The notes below the pieces were generated by a model. The model saw nothing but the letters and a program-made list of their open reading frames with translations, was not told where the DNA came from and ran no database searches. 64,000 bases of DNA from Macrostomum lignano (lineage: Eukaryota). Numbering within the stretch: position 1 is the stretch's first letter; every line of letters starts with the position of its first letter. The translations under genes and the position numbers were made by a program. The stretch spans positions 214,858 to 278,857 of the forward strand of contig NIVC01001321.1 of assembly GCA_002269645.1 (NCBI GenBank), given 5' to 3'. Positions 27,698 to 39,110 of this stretch are shown here, piece after piece.

Positions 27698-28906
27698 TCA
27701 GTGCCTGGAGCCGGACGAGCTGACTGTCTTGAAGCTGTCTTCGGATTCCGCGTCCGATGCGTCTTGGTCGGTCACCGTCGGCGCCGCTTGAAAGTCGGTC
27801 TTGCCGTTACTGCTGAAGCTCGGGGTTGCCACGGCGGCAGAAGCAGCTGCCGAAGGTCCGTCAGCTTCGCCCGAGTCCTCATCGGCACCGCCCTGCTGCT
27901 CCAGCCGGTCGGCCACCGACTCGCTGACGTGGAAGCTGGGCGCCAGGTTGGCCAGCACGGCGGGGTCGATGGGCTCCTGGCCGCGCAGGTCCGTCACCAC
28001 CTCCAGGTAGTAGCGCAGCTTCTTGGTCCGCAGCCAGCTGAACGAGTTGTCGAAGGTGGCCTCGTAGACGCCGGGCCGGGGGCAGGCGAGCAGGCCGGAG
28101 AACGGGCAGGTGCCGCAGTTCACCTTGCGGTAGGGGTACACCGACAGGCGCTCCTTGCCGTCCTTGAAGGTCAGCTCGAAGCCGAGGTCACCGTCGCTAG
28201 TGACGAAGTCCCACTCGATGTAGCGCTGCGGCTGCCCGGCCGGCACTGTGACGGCCGCGCGGAACTTGGACCGCCGGCCGATGTGCTGCGACTGCATGCA
28301 GTCCGGGTACTTGGGCTGCAGGTAGAAGGACTCCGGCACCGGGCCGCCGAAGCAGATCTCGTTTAGGCAGCGCGGATCTCCGTCAGGGTCGCGCCGTTCG
28401 CCGCCGTAGACTGCCGGCAGCTGGTCGGCGTCAATGTACTGCAGCAGGGTGCGCTGGTAGTCCTTGCCGAGCACGTGGATTTTCGCCTGCGTAGCCGGGT
28501 TGAACAGCGGCTTGAGCAGGTTGAACACCACCGGGAAGATCGCCGGCGCGTTGATGATGAACACGATGCCGATGGTCTCCGGGTAGTTCTGCTCGCAGGT
28601 GCGGGTGAGGTCGCCATAGAACTCCAGGCTGGGCCGCCACATGTGCTTCTTGCCGAAGTGCTGCAGGTCGTACACGAAGGTCACGCCGTAGATGGCCTTG
28701 CCGGTGCGGGCGCGCACCTGCGGCAGCAAGTGGGTGACGATCTTCTCAGCCCGGCAGATCTGGCTGAGGAACAGCTCCTCGCGGCTGACGGACTTGGCGA
28801 TGCCCTGCGGATCGATGCAGCCGATGGGGTCATAGTACACCGGCCGACCCTCCTTGTCCTCTCCACACAGACCTCCGGTGTAGTACTTGGTGATGACCTC
28901 CTTCTC
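27698..28906 (-). CDS. SEC14L: SEC14-like protein, exon 2 (CRAL-TRIO + GOLD + acidic tail)
   Basis: YYTGGLCGEDKEGRPVYYD, EQNYPETIGIVFIINAPAIF, TQAKIHVLG, DQLPAVYGG, GOLD TFDNSFSWLRTKKLRY; acceptor CTCGCCAG| at 28907, phase 0. Confidence 0.92.
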   Translation of the reverse strand, partial: EKEVITKYYTGGLCGEDKEGRPVYYDPIGCIDPQGIAKSVSREELFLSQICRAEKIVTHLLPQVRARTGKAIYGVTFVYDLQHFGKKHMWRPSLEFYGDLTRTCEQNYPETIGIVFIINAPAIFPVVFNLLKPLFNPATQAKIHVLGKDYQRTLLQYIDADQLPAVYGGERRDPDGDPRCLNEICFGGPVPESFYLQPKYPDCMQSQHIGRRSKFRAAVTVPAGQPQRYIEWDFVTSDGDLGFELTFKDGKERLSVYPYRKVNCGTCPFSGLLACPRPGVYEATFDNSFSWLRTKKLRYYLEVVTDLRGQEPIDPAVLANLAPSFHVSESVADRLEQQGGADEDSGEADGPSAAASAAVATPSFSSNGKTDFQAAPTVTDQDASDAESEDSFKTVSSSGSRH

Positions 28907-28989
28907 CTGGCGAGCGGGCGGTTCAATGGCACTTTGCTGACAACGTCCCGAACCCGAAGCTTCCCAAATCGAATCGCCCCTTAGAATTG

Positions 28990-29130
28990 TTTCTCAGAGA
29001 ATCGCTCATCACAGAACCGCCTCTCACACAATCGCCCGTCACACAATCGCCCCTCACAGAATCGTCCCTTACAGAATCGCCTCTCACAGAATCACCTCTC
29101 ATAGAATCGCCCCTCACAGAATCGCCCCCC
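28990..29130. repeat. 15-bp repeat (ACAGAATCGCCCCTC)n in the SEC14-like intron
   Basis: Direct periodicity inside the 242-bp intron. Confidence 0.85.
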
Positions 29131-29148
29131 CCCCACAAAACCACCCAC

Positions 29149-29415
29149 CTGGAAGCGGTCCACAATATCGTCAATCCGGAGCTCCTTCCTCCAGCGTATG
29201 TGATTTCTGAGCATGAGCTCGGACTTGGCCAAGTCGAACTCCCTGGCCCGCAGGAATCTGTACAACTGAAAATCGTCCTCAAACTCCGGGCGCCAGACGT
29301 CGCGGACATTGCGGCGCAAGGCTTCAAAGGCGGCGCGCTTCTTTGGATCGCGCAGGTCCCCCTCAGCCATCTGGCTGTAGGCGTTCTGGTTTGGCGGGAA
29401 TTTGAAATCCGACAT
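29149..29415 (-). CDS. SEC14L: SEC14-like protein, exon 1 (CRAL-TRIO N-terminal domain); spliced product ~491 aa
   Basis: DDFQLYRFLRAREFDLAKSELMLRNHIRWRKE; donor CAG|GTGGGT at 29148. Confidence 0.9.
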
Positions 29416-30127
29416 TTCTAATATCTGATTGCCGTCTCCTTCTAGCAGAAATGTCAAGAAAGGTCTCTCTGACAGAACGAAAAAATGCTTTATGCAAGAG
29501 GTGGCAGTCCAGTTTCTTTCACAGCGAGAGAATCAGAAGAGGGGAGAGAGAGAGATAGATAGGAAAAAAACTGGTCCTAGCAACAAGCAGCGTGAGATAC
29601 ACTCTTGCTACGAGTAGGAATGCGTTCTCACAATAAGTTGCTCAAACACTGGGTACCCACCCACCCCATCATTGGCAGAGGTCTGTCTGCACAATGCCAC
29701 AGGCCCAAAGTGAGGGCTTGGGGCAGAGGGGCCCGCAGAGAGCCGCACTGCAAGCTTACAAGCATTTCCTATCTCAATAGTTTTCCTTCTCCTGCGGCTG
29801 TGTGCGTGTATGAAAGCATATATATACGCGCTTGATGGAGGCGCAGCGAGAGCCTGTGGGGTATTTTTGTGCTTCGAATTGGTCTGGCAAAGCCCCATTT
29901 GCCCTCAAGCATTTTGCCAAGCTGAGGTCGCTATGAGCAACGCGTGACCCTGGTCCCCTGTGCAGCCGGACTTTTCACGGCGAGGGTGCACCAGGGGCCT
30001 CGGTCTCGCTTTATTCATAGCGGCTCATGCCGGCTGGTTCGACTCCCCGTCTCCCACTCGAGTTGAAAATGCAATGCGAGTTCTTTCTGAAACTGCTTTC
30101 AGGGCCTCCAGATATGCTGTTGTTAAA

Positions 30128-30650
30128 GTCGATTCTGAGTAGGGTTTAGGGCTTTTCTGAGTAGGGTTTAGGGTCGATTCTGAGTAGGGTTTAGGGGCGA
30201 TTCTGAGTAGGGTTTAGGGTCGATTCTGAGTAGGGTTTAGGGGCGATTCTAAGTAGGGTTTAGGGGCGATTCTAAGTAGGGTTTAGGGGCGATTCTAAGT
30301 AGGGTTTAGGGTCGATTCTAAGTAGGGTTTAGGGGCGATTCTGAGTAGGGTTTAGGGGCGATTCTAAGTAGGGTTTAGGGGCGATTCTGAGTAGGGTTTA
30401 GGGTCGATTCTAAGTAGGGTTTAGGGGCGATTCTGAGTAGGGTTTAGGGTCGATTCTAAGTAGGGTTTAGGGGCGATTCTGAGTAGGGTTTAGGGGCGAT
30501 TCTAAGTAGGGTTTAGGGGCGATTCTGAGTAGGGTTTAGGGGCGATTCTAAGTAGGGTTTAGGGGCGATTCTGAGTAGGGTTTAGGGTGATTCTGAGTAG
30601 GGTTTATGGTCGATTCTGAGTAGAGTTTAGGGTGATTTTAAATATGGTTT
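30128..30650. repeat. 23/24-bp minisatellite (GATTCT[G/A]AGTAGGGTTTAGGG[G]C)n with a telomere-like core
   Basis: About 22 copies. Confidence 0.92.
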
Positions 30651-31689
30651 AGGGAGAATTGAGGCCGATTCGAAAATGCTAATCACGAGCTACAAAAGTA
30701 CAACGCGTTTTCGTTGATAGTTTCTCCGAGCTTGCAGCCCCAGGCGCAAAAGGTGGGCAGATTTGGCATGGAGATGGCGATACCGCTCCAATGAGATACG
30801 GGTGGTGCCACAAAAAGAAGGCAAGCTATGTGCTGTGTCTGCATGGAATACAAGCAGGGCAGGCGAATGCCTGATGCACACACTGCAGTGCTGCAGCGGC
30901 AGGGCTTGGCCCGAAATGCCTATACTATTTTGCACAATTGCAAGCCTCAATTCAGACAGCAGCCACTCACGCAGACACCGAGTGTCTTTTTTCTATATTT
31001 CATTCTTTCGATAGAGCTGTTTAGATGAACCTTCTTCTGTCTGACCGGGCCAATCTTGAGTCTTGCTTAGGGTTCATTGCTTATTCTTGTTAAACCGAAT
31101 CGTATCCGAATCATAATAGCCGGTGTGCTAGGATGCAGCTAAATGCGAGTATAAGACAAGTAGAGCTCAATGCACGCTCCCTCACTCCCACTGACCACAG
31201 ACAGAGACTGTGGACGGGCCACGGAACTATCGCCCGTCCATATACTTCCAAACGGTCCTTGGACAGCCGATTGTTAGTCTCCCCTGTCTAAATATATAAT
31301 AAAATAAAATATGATATAAAAAATGACACAGGACCAACTAGATAGCTACTCAGCAAGTTGTAAAAGCCAACACGCCGCTAATTAAGTTTAAAAAAAAACT
31401 GATAGATTAGGCAAAAGCAATTACACAAGCATGCACACAGGCTATGGCAGTGGCAAAGACTGCCGCAGCAGGAAAGTCACCAATACTGCAGCCCCCGCGG
31501 ACTGATGAAGCCACCCGATGCTGCCATGAGGGAGTCCTAACCCAGCTGTGAGACTCGGGTGGGCAACATTCATGGCAGCCCAGGGTTTGCTTGTTCAACA
31601 ATTATACCGATCAACTCAGTGTGCGATGCCGCTGGTTGGAATGGAGGAATTCACTTTCGGAGCTAAAGTTGTGAGCCTTACCAGTGTGA

Positions 31690-31960
31690 GACAGAGAGAA
31701 GGAGCTAGAAGTAGACAGCGAGAGAGAGAGAGTGAGAAGTAGAAAGGGGAGTGAGAAATTGACAGGGTAAAAGAGGGTGAGAAGTGATTGAGAAGTAGAT
31801 ACAGAGAGAGAGAGAAGTAGAAAGGAGAAGGATGAGAAGTAGGCAATAACAGATGAGAAGAATGAAAAGTATACAGAGGAGTAATAATTGTAGACAATGA
31901 GAGGGGTGAGAAGTAGACAGGGAAGGCGATGAGAAATAGACAGGGAAGGGACAAGAAGTA
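31690..31960. repeat. GA-rich degenerate tract (GAGAAGTAGA-like)
   Basis: Purine-rich, related to the ACOT13 intron repeat. Confidence 0.6.
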
Positions 31961-32451
31961 GCTACTACCGGTAGACTGAAAGCACTCGTAAGCTAGGCCT
32001 TCTAGAGAACTATACAGTACAGCATGTACTTTAACTCTGGTCAATTACTATCCTAATCAGCATGTACTTTTTCACTATACTTATTTGCTATCGGCTGAAT
32101 AAAAAATTCTCTTCTAGAAAAAACTCATTGGCACAGAAAATATGAAACTTTTATTGTTTCATTGAAACACAATCGAATGCCTTTTTCATGCTACTGACAG
32201 TAGCAAAAATAAGGCTATTATAGGAAAGCTCCCGTTTTCTAAATAAAGAAAGAACCAAAGCACAAAACGTGTATGTAGGCGTTTAAATATACGCTAGAAA
32301 TTCGATTAAAACAAGACTAACTTTGATGTATTTAAGAAACGGCCTGGAACTACATCTACAATGGCAGATAATGGATGAGCAAATCATGATGCTACTAATA
32401 AAATAAAATACGTGGCTAACAGAGTCGATGCTCAGTGCAGACCCGCACAGC

Positions 32452-32602
32452 CTACAGGTGCTTGATGTGCTTCCCGGTGGCGATCAGCTTGCCGGACTCT
32501 TTGTCCCGGAATTCACTGGTCAGGAAGGCCATCGACTTGCCCAGCTTGACAATCTCGGAGTGGATGAGCAGTGTGCTGCCCACGGCCGCCGGTCGCATGT
32601 AA
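32452..32602 (-). CDS. ACOT13: Acyl-CoA thioesterase 13 (THEM2), last exon
   Basis: Acceptor CCCCGCAG|T; translates YMRPAAVGSTLLIHSEIVKLGKSMAFLTSEFRDKESGKLIATGKHIKHL*. Confidence 0.9.
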
Positions 32603-32659
32603 CTGCGGGGTGGAGGGCGCCAAATAAAATTGGAATGTAGCTGCTTTTAAGATCTGTAA

Positions 32660-33162
32660 AAAAGAAGTAGATAGGTAAGGAGAGAAGTAGACAGGAAAAG
32701 GGAGGTAGATACGAGGTAGAAAAAGGCGAGGGACTATAGAGAAGGCGAGGTAGAGAGGTAGATAGGGAGAGCGAGAAGCAGATAGGGAAAGCAAGAAGTA
32801 GAGAAGGACAGCAAGAAGTAGATAATGACAGCGAGAAGTAGATAGGGACAGCGAGAAGTAGATAGGGGAAGTGAGAAGTAGATAGGGAGAGCGAGAAGCA
32901 GATAGGGGGAGCGAGAAGTAGATAGGGACAGCGAGAAGTAGATAGGAAGAGCGGGAAGTAAATAGGGAGACGGAGAGTGAGAAGTAGATAGAGTGAGAAG
33001 TAGATAGAGAGTGAGAAGTAGATAGAGAGTGAGAAGTAGATAGGGAGAGTGGGAAGTAGATAGGGAGAGTGGGAAGTAGATAGGAAGAGCGGGAAGTAAA
33101 TAGGGAGTGAGAAGTAGATAGAGAGTGAGAAGTAGATAGAGAGTGAGAAGTAGATAGGGAGA
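32660..33162. repeat. 16-18-bp repeat (GAGAAGTAGATAGGGA[GA])n in an ACOT13 intron
   Basis: Direct periodicity. Confidence 0.9.
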
Positions 33163-33256
33163 GCCAGTCGGGCAGTTGGGTGCTTGGCATGCATGCATCC
33201 CACACTCAGTCACCAGGTGGACACAAAACAGAGCACAGACTTTGGCCCATACTCAC

Positions 33257-33431
33257 GAGACAGACAGCTCCACAGATACGCCAGGTGGAGAGTTGTTAGC
33301 AACCAGTGCCATGGTTGTCATGGTATCGACCAGAGAAGCAGTCAGGCCACCATGCAGGGTGCCATATGTGTTGGCATGCTCAGTGTCAATGGCCAGCTCA
33401 ACTGTGCATGTATTCTTGGTACAGGCAACAC
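33257..33431 (-). CDS. ACOT13: ACOT13 middle exon (hotdog-fold active site)
   Basis: HANTYGTLHGGLTASLVD...PGVSVELSVS; donor TC|GTGAGT at 33256. The 5' boundary is uncertain. Confidence 0.9.
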
Positions 33432-33553
33432 CTTGCAACAAAAGAAAAATGACATCAGTAAATTATTACTTTTAGAATGGTATATATGCTAGCAAAACTG
33501 AAAAAAAACTACAATTGGGTAAATAATAAAAGCAAAGTTGCAAACAATGCTAC

Positions 33554-33646
33554 CTTGGCCATAACTCGATTGAAATCAGTTGTTTTGCAGAACTTTTGCA
33601 GGCACTGGCCCAACTTTGCAAGCTGCTTTGCAGAATTGGCAGCCAT
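33554..33646 (-). CDS. ACOT13: ACOT13 probable first coding exon
   Basis: TTTCAG|CAAC-ATG; MAANSAKQLAKLGQCLQKFCKTTDFNRVMAK resembles the ACOT13 N-terminus (F-x-RV-x-x-K); donor AAG|GTAGCA. The phase conflicts with the next acceptor. Confidence 0.65.
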
Positions 33647-35799
33647 GTTGCTGAAATATTTGTCTATAGACATTAATCAACAAAATAAATAAACTTTGTT
33701 ATGTAGGCAACATAAAAATATCGATAAAGTTAATAACAAACAAAGGATTACCTTGGCTATAGAATATGGCCTAGTAAATTGCTTGAAGCCATATAAGCTA
33801 TGTCATTTAGAGTTACAATTTCAAAATTTTAATTTAAATATAGAAACACATTAGGTAATTTACTTACATTTGTCTTATATTTTTCATTTCTAGATAAGAT
33901 CACTACATCAAGAGAATTCAGTAAAGCATTTAAAACTTAAAAAGGCTGGGGATAATAGCAAACTAAGTATTGATAGCAATCAATATACAAAACAAAGTTC
34001 CTAGTCAATAAAGACACTAGACAATAATTATATAATCATGTAATCACTTAGATATTAACAGAAGACATTTGCAAAAAATACTTTAACACTGATTTAAAAT
34101 TATTAATTTTGTAATAAATTATGCTACAGAGGGTTTTTAATTTACTAATAACAGTAACTAACCAGTATTCATTAATAATATCCTAGCTAGCTTTTTGAAA
34201 GCAAAAAAATATAAATGTATAGTATGGTTTGTTAAAAGGAAAAGGAAACAAGAAATATTTTTTTCTACATATACAATAGATCTATACCCCGTAGTAGTAA
34301 TTTTTTAATTTTATTTATTTTATCAGAGTATGTTATTATGTATTGGGCGCATTTCCAGGTACAGGTATGACATGAGGTATTGAGTACTGCAATGCAAATT
34401 TAACATACTTCTACAAAGAAGCTGATAGTGATACTACTGACTTTTTTCTTACTACCAAAAAGTGAACACTGTTAACTAAAACCTGACTCAAGTGTGTCTT
34501 TATATATAAAAATAAAAAACGCTTTAACATTGTCACGCTGTCAACTCATCAGCTGAAAATTGACAATCGATTCGAGAAGCTTGAATCTGTACACGAGTCG
34601 GTGCGAAAAAAGGTATTTAAAATAGAAATGAATAAATTTACTGAAAATAATAAATATTCATCGATGTGTGTTAAAATAACCAGAGACCTATCATAAAAGG
34701 ACGCAAGGTTTTATATTTTATTAAAATTAACTATACAAACATCGTATTTTAAAGTTATAGAAAGTTATCGTGGGGCCCGGGCCCCGCCCGGCCGATCGAA
34801 AGCCGAAGCCGAAACTCTAAAAGCTAAAATTTACTATCGCAACCAAGATTTCGCGTTACATTAACTGGTTTATTCTATTTAGTTTATTTCTTATTTTAGT
34901 TACTGTTAAAATTGAATAATGTACAAATAAATAAATAGACCTTACTTGTATACTTACTTTTATTTTTAAGAGTTTTCTAATACTAATTGACAATAGTGTA
35001 ATGGCTTTGCTTTGTGCATGTGTAATGAATTTGCAACGATGTGATGCTATAATACACATGTAATAGTAAAAGTTTAAAAGGTTAACATCTACCAATAGTA
35101 ATCCTAATTATTGAAGATGTTCAATTTTTTATGTTAATTTGATAAATAGATATCAGGTACAATAATAGTAATGACTTTTTGCAGTGGATTTAGTGAAGCT
35201 AATATATGCATTTTGTAAAAATTTTATTTATTATACTTATAGAATTGTACAATAGTCATAGAATAGATTAGCTGATAATTATGATAAGATAATCAGATCA
35301 GTATAAGTCTGCAGCAATTAATTAACAAATTTCAAAAAAATTTAAAGTAATTCTTGTGGCTTTAAAAGCCATATATTTAAATTGGCATACCTTTTAAAAT
35401 AATTTTTTTTATTTGTATCCACTATTGCTTTTAGTTTTTCAAATACCATAAATGTTGTTATATTACTATTTAGTCTTGAATCATAGTTTTCTAACATTAT
35501 TTTGAAATAGCCTTGAAAAAGTATGATAAAATCTTTGTATTTGCAAGATTTTCTATAAAAATAATCCACTTATAGAAATACTTCAGGATAAAATCTTGAA
35601 GTTGGTAGTTTTGAAAGGTGTTTTATTTTAAGTGCATTGTATTTTAACTACTTTAATTCATTCTTAGAGTAAACTAGCAATCTTCGCCCCCCGTTGGGGG
35701 ACATCTGGATAGAATCTCTGCTCTCTACAGGTAACAAAAAGCCTTCTCAAAGACAACAGACAAACTGCTCAAATAAAGTGCAATGCAAAAAGAAATCAT

Positions 35800-36440
35800 C
35801 CCAAGACAGCAAGCATCCCCCAGATAGCAAGCATCCCCCAAATAGCAAGCATCCCCAAGATAGCAAGCATCTTCCAGATAGAAAGCATTCACTAGATAGC
35901 AAGCATCCCCCAAATAGCAAGCATCCCCCAGATAGAAAGCATCCCCCAAATAGCAAGCATCCCCCAGATAGCAAGCATCCCCCAGATAGCAAGCATCCCC
36001 CAGATAGCACAGATAGCAAGCATCCCCCAGATAGCAAGCATCCCCAAAATAGCAAGCATCCCCCAGATAGCAAGCATCCCCCAGATAGCACAGATAGCAA
36101 GCATCCCCCAGATAGCAAGCATCCCCAGATAGCAAGCATCCCCAAATAGCAAGCATCCCCAGATAGCAAGCATCCCCCAAATAGCAAGCATCCCTCAGAT
36201 AGCAAGCATCCCCCAGATAGCAAGCATCCCCCAGATAGCAAGCCTCCCCCAGATAGCAAGCATCCCCCCTCCCGGATAACAAGCATCCCCCAAATAGCAA
36301 GCATCCCTCAGATAGCAAGCATCCCCCAGATAGCAAGCATCCCCCAGATAGCAAGCATCCCCCCTCCCAGATAGCAAGCATCCCCCAGATAGCAAGCATC
36401 CCCCAGATAGCAAGCATCCCCAAATAGTAAGCATCCACCA
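35800..36440. repeat. 18-bp satellite (GATAGCAAGCATCCCCCA)n in H1; also 39235-40050, 52065-52625, 57080-57690
   Basis: 6-aa GDACYL/GMLAIW period in the pseudo-ORFs. Confidence 0.95.
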
Positions 36441-36529
36441 GACAATAAGTAGCTAGTGCAACAATTTCCTTAGCTCTATAGTGGCTCCTTTAAAATTGGC
36501 ATGACGCTTACTTTTAAGTTTGGAATTGT

Positions 36530-38530
36530 GTATCTTTTATGTTCGACAGGGTGGCTCTTTTATGTTTGGCATGGTGGCTCTTTTATGTTTGACATGGTGG
36601 CTCTTTAATGTTCGAAATGGTGGCTCTTTAATATTTGACATGGTGGCTCTTTAATGTTTGACATGGTGGCTCTTTAATGTTTGACATGGTGTCTCTTTAA
36701 TGTTCGACAGGGTGACTCTTTAATGTTCGAAATGGTGGCTGTTTAATATTTGACATGGTGGCTCTTTAATGTTTGACATGGTGGCTCTTTAATGTTTGAC
36801 ATGGTGACTCTTTTATGTTCTACATGGTGTCTCTTTAATGTTTGACATGGTGGCTCTTTTATTTTTGGAATGGTGTCTCTTTAATGTTTGACATGGTGGC
36901 TCTTTTACGTTTGACATGGTGGCTCTTCTATGTTTGACATGGTGGTTCTTTGATGTTTGACATGGTGACTCTTTTATGTTCTACATGGTGGCTCTTTAAT
37001 GTTTGATTCGGGGTTTTTTTAATGTCTGACATGGTGTCTCTTTAATGTTTGACATGGTGGCTCTTTTATGTTTGACATGGTGGCTCTTTAGTGTTTGAAA
37101 TAGTGACTCTTTAATGTTCGACATGGTGGCTCTTTAATGTTCTTCATGGTAGCTCTTTTATGTTTTACATGGTGGCTTTTTAATGTTTGACATGGTGACT
37201 CTTTTATGTTCTACATGGTGGCTCTTTTATGTTCGACATGGTGGCTCTTTTATGTTTGACATGGTGGCTCTTTTATGTTTGACATGGTGGCTCTTGTATG
37301 TTCGACATGGTGGCTCTTTTAGGTTTGAAATAGTGGCTCTTTAATGTTCGACATGTTGGCTCTTTAATGTTTGACATTGTGGCTCTTTAATGTTTTACAT
37401 GGTGGCTCTTTTATGTTCGATATGGTGGTTCTTTTATGTTTGACATGGTGGCTCTTTAATGTTCGACACGGTGGCTCTTTAATGTTCGACATAGTGGCTC
37501 TTTTATGTTTGATTCGGGGTTTTTTTAACGTCTGACATGGTGTCTCTTTAATGTTCGACATGGTGGCTCTTTAAAGTTTGACATGGTGGTTCTTTACTGT
37601 TTGACATGGAGTCACATATATGTTTGACTTGGTGGCTCTTTTATGTTTAACATGGTGGCTCTTTAATGTTGGACATGGTGGCTCCTTAATTTTTGACATG
37701 GTGGCTCTTTAATGTTTGACATGGTGGCTATTTTATGCTTGACATGGTGGCTTTTTACTGTTTGACGTGGAGTCACATATATGTGTGACATGGTGGCTCT
37801 TTAATGTTTGACATGATGGCTCTTTTATGTTTGACATGGTGGCTTTTTTATGTTTGACATGGTGGCTTTTTAATGTTCGACATGGTGGCTCTTTTAGGTT
37901 TGACATGGTGGCTCTTGTATGTTCTACATGGTGGCTCTTTAATGTTTGACATGGTGGCTCTTTTATGTTCAACATGGTGGCTCTTTTATGCTTGACATGG
38001 TGGCTCTTTACTGTTTGACATGGAGTCACATATATGTTTGACATGGTGGCTCTTTTATGTTTGACATGGTGGCTCTTTAATGTTTGACATGACTCTTTAA
38101 TGTTCCACAATGTGGCTCTTTAATGTTTGATAAGGTGGCTCTTTTAGGTTTTAAATGGTGGCTATTTAATGTTTGACAAGGTGGCTCTTGTATGTTGGAC
38201 ATGGTGGCTCTTTAATGTTTGACATGGTGGCTCTTTAATGTTCGATATGGTGGCTCTTTAATGTTAGACATGGTGGCTCTTTAATGTTAGACATGATGGC
38301 TCTTTAATGTTCGACATGGTGGCTCTTTAATGTTAGACATGGTGGCTCTTTAATGTTAGACATGGTGGCTCTTTAATGTTAGACATGATGGCTCTTTAAT
38401 GTTAGACATGATGGCTCTTTAATGTTAGACATGATGGCTCTTTAATGTTAGACATGATGGCTCTTTAATGTTCGACATGGAGTCACATATATGTTCGACA
38501 TGGTGGCTCTTTAATATTTGACATTGTGCT
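36530..38530. repeat. 23-bp satellite (AATGTTTGACATGGTGGCTCTTT)n in H1; also 40105-41640, 52720-56360, 57745-59520
   Basis: 23-aa MSNIKEPPCQTLKSHHVKHKRAT period equals 3 x 23 bp. Confidence 0.95.
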
Positions 38531-38589
38531 TTTTTGTGTTTAGCATTTTGTGTTTTTAAGGTGTTTAATAAAAAAATCTTTTTGCACTA

Positions 38590-38647
38590 CTAAGATTCGA
38601 ACCCAGGTCGCTGCATTAGCAGTCCAGTCTGTTCGCATCTATGCTAT
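38590..38647 (-). other. tRNA-like A-box/B-box cassette in H1; copies at 41700-41757, 43725-43782, 47016-47072, 50986-51042, 56422-56479, 59576-59633
   Basis: TAGC[A/C]TAGA..G A-box, anticodon arm CTGGA-CTGCTAA-TGCAG, 4-nt variable loop, T-arm CTGGG-TTCGAAT-CTTAG, then a T-run. Acceptor stem does not pair. Confidence 0.7.
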
Positions 38648-39110
38648 TTCTTGTCAATTGGAGAACATGAATTGTGGCCCTTATAATTAAATTCTTATAG
38701 CAAATCGGTTAGAGTAAAAAGTTATGACATAATCAATTTCTCAGTCAGCCAGTATCAGTGTCAATTTAAGTTAGCAATATGATTACGCAATTTCAATCAA
38801 GTTGTGTGTGCATTTCTTCGGCACTGTTTTCAACTTGTTGTGATGCAATCTTTATCAGAATTGAAATTCAGTCAGTCAGTTTTTTCTCTAGCATTCTTAC
38901 AATGCATTCCAGGTCGAAAGAGCTGCTTGACCTTTGCAAAAAAAGCATGTTTTTCGAATATTTAATCCCTTTAATACTGAGCAATTTCTTAGCCAAGATG
39001 CATGTACCGTCCCAGGAAAATTTCTGATCGAATGGTGCAAGTTTGAAGAAAATCGGTTGAGCCGTTTTTTCTGAAATGTATCTCACACATACATACACAC
39101 AGACATTTCA

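Larger units (their letters stand above)
35674..39110 (-). mobile_element. Non-autonomous Helitron-like unit H1 (interrupted near its 5' end by H2; remnant at 42228-42273)
   Basis: On +: A|CTAG followed by CCCCC-N3/4-GGGGG hairpin, 18-bp array, 23-bp array, tRNA-like cassette, GAAAATCGGTTGAGCCG motif, (CATA)n/CAGA. Confidence 0.8.

Noticed and set aside
20133-29421. Plus-strand ORFs overlapping the minus-strand genes
   Set aside because: Antisense shadows of GC-rich coding exons.
30035-30060. GGTTCGACTCC B-box as a tRNA or SINE
   Set aside because: No A-box or cloverleaf at the expected distance.
35342-35569. 75-aa ORF in the AT island as a transposase remnant
   Set aside because: No recognisable motif; length is compatible with chance.
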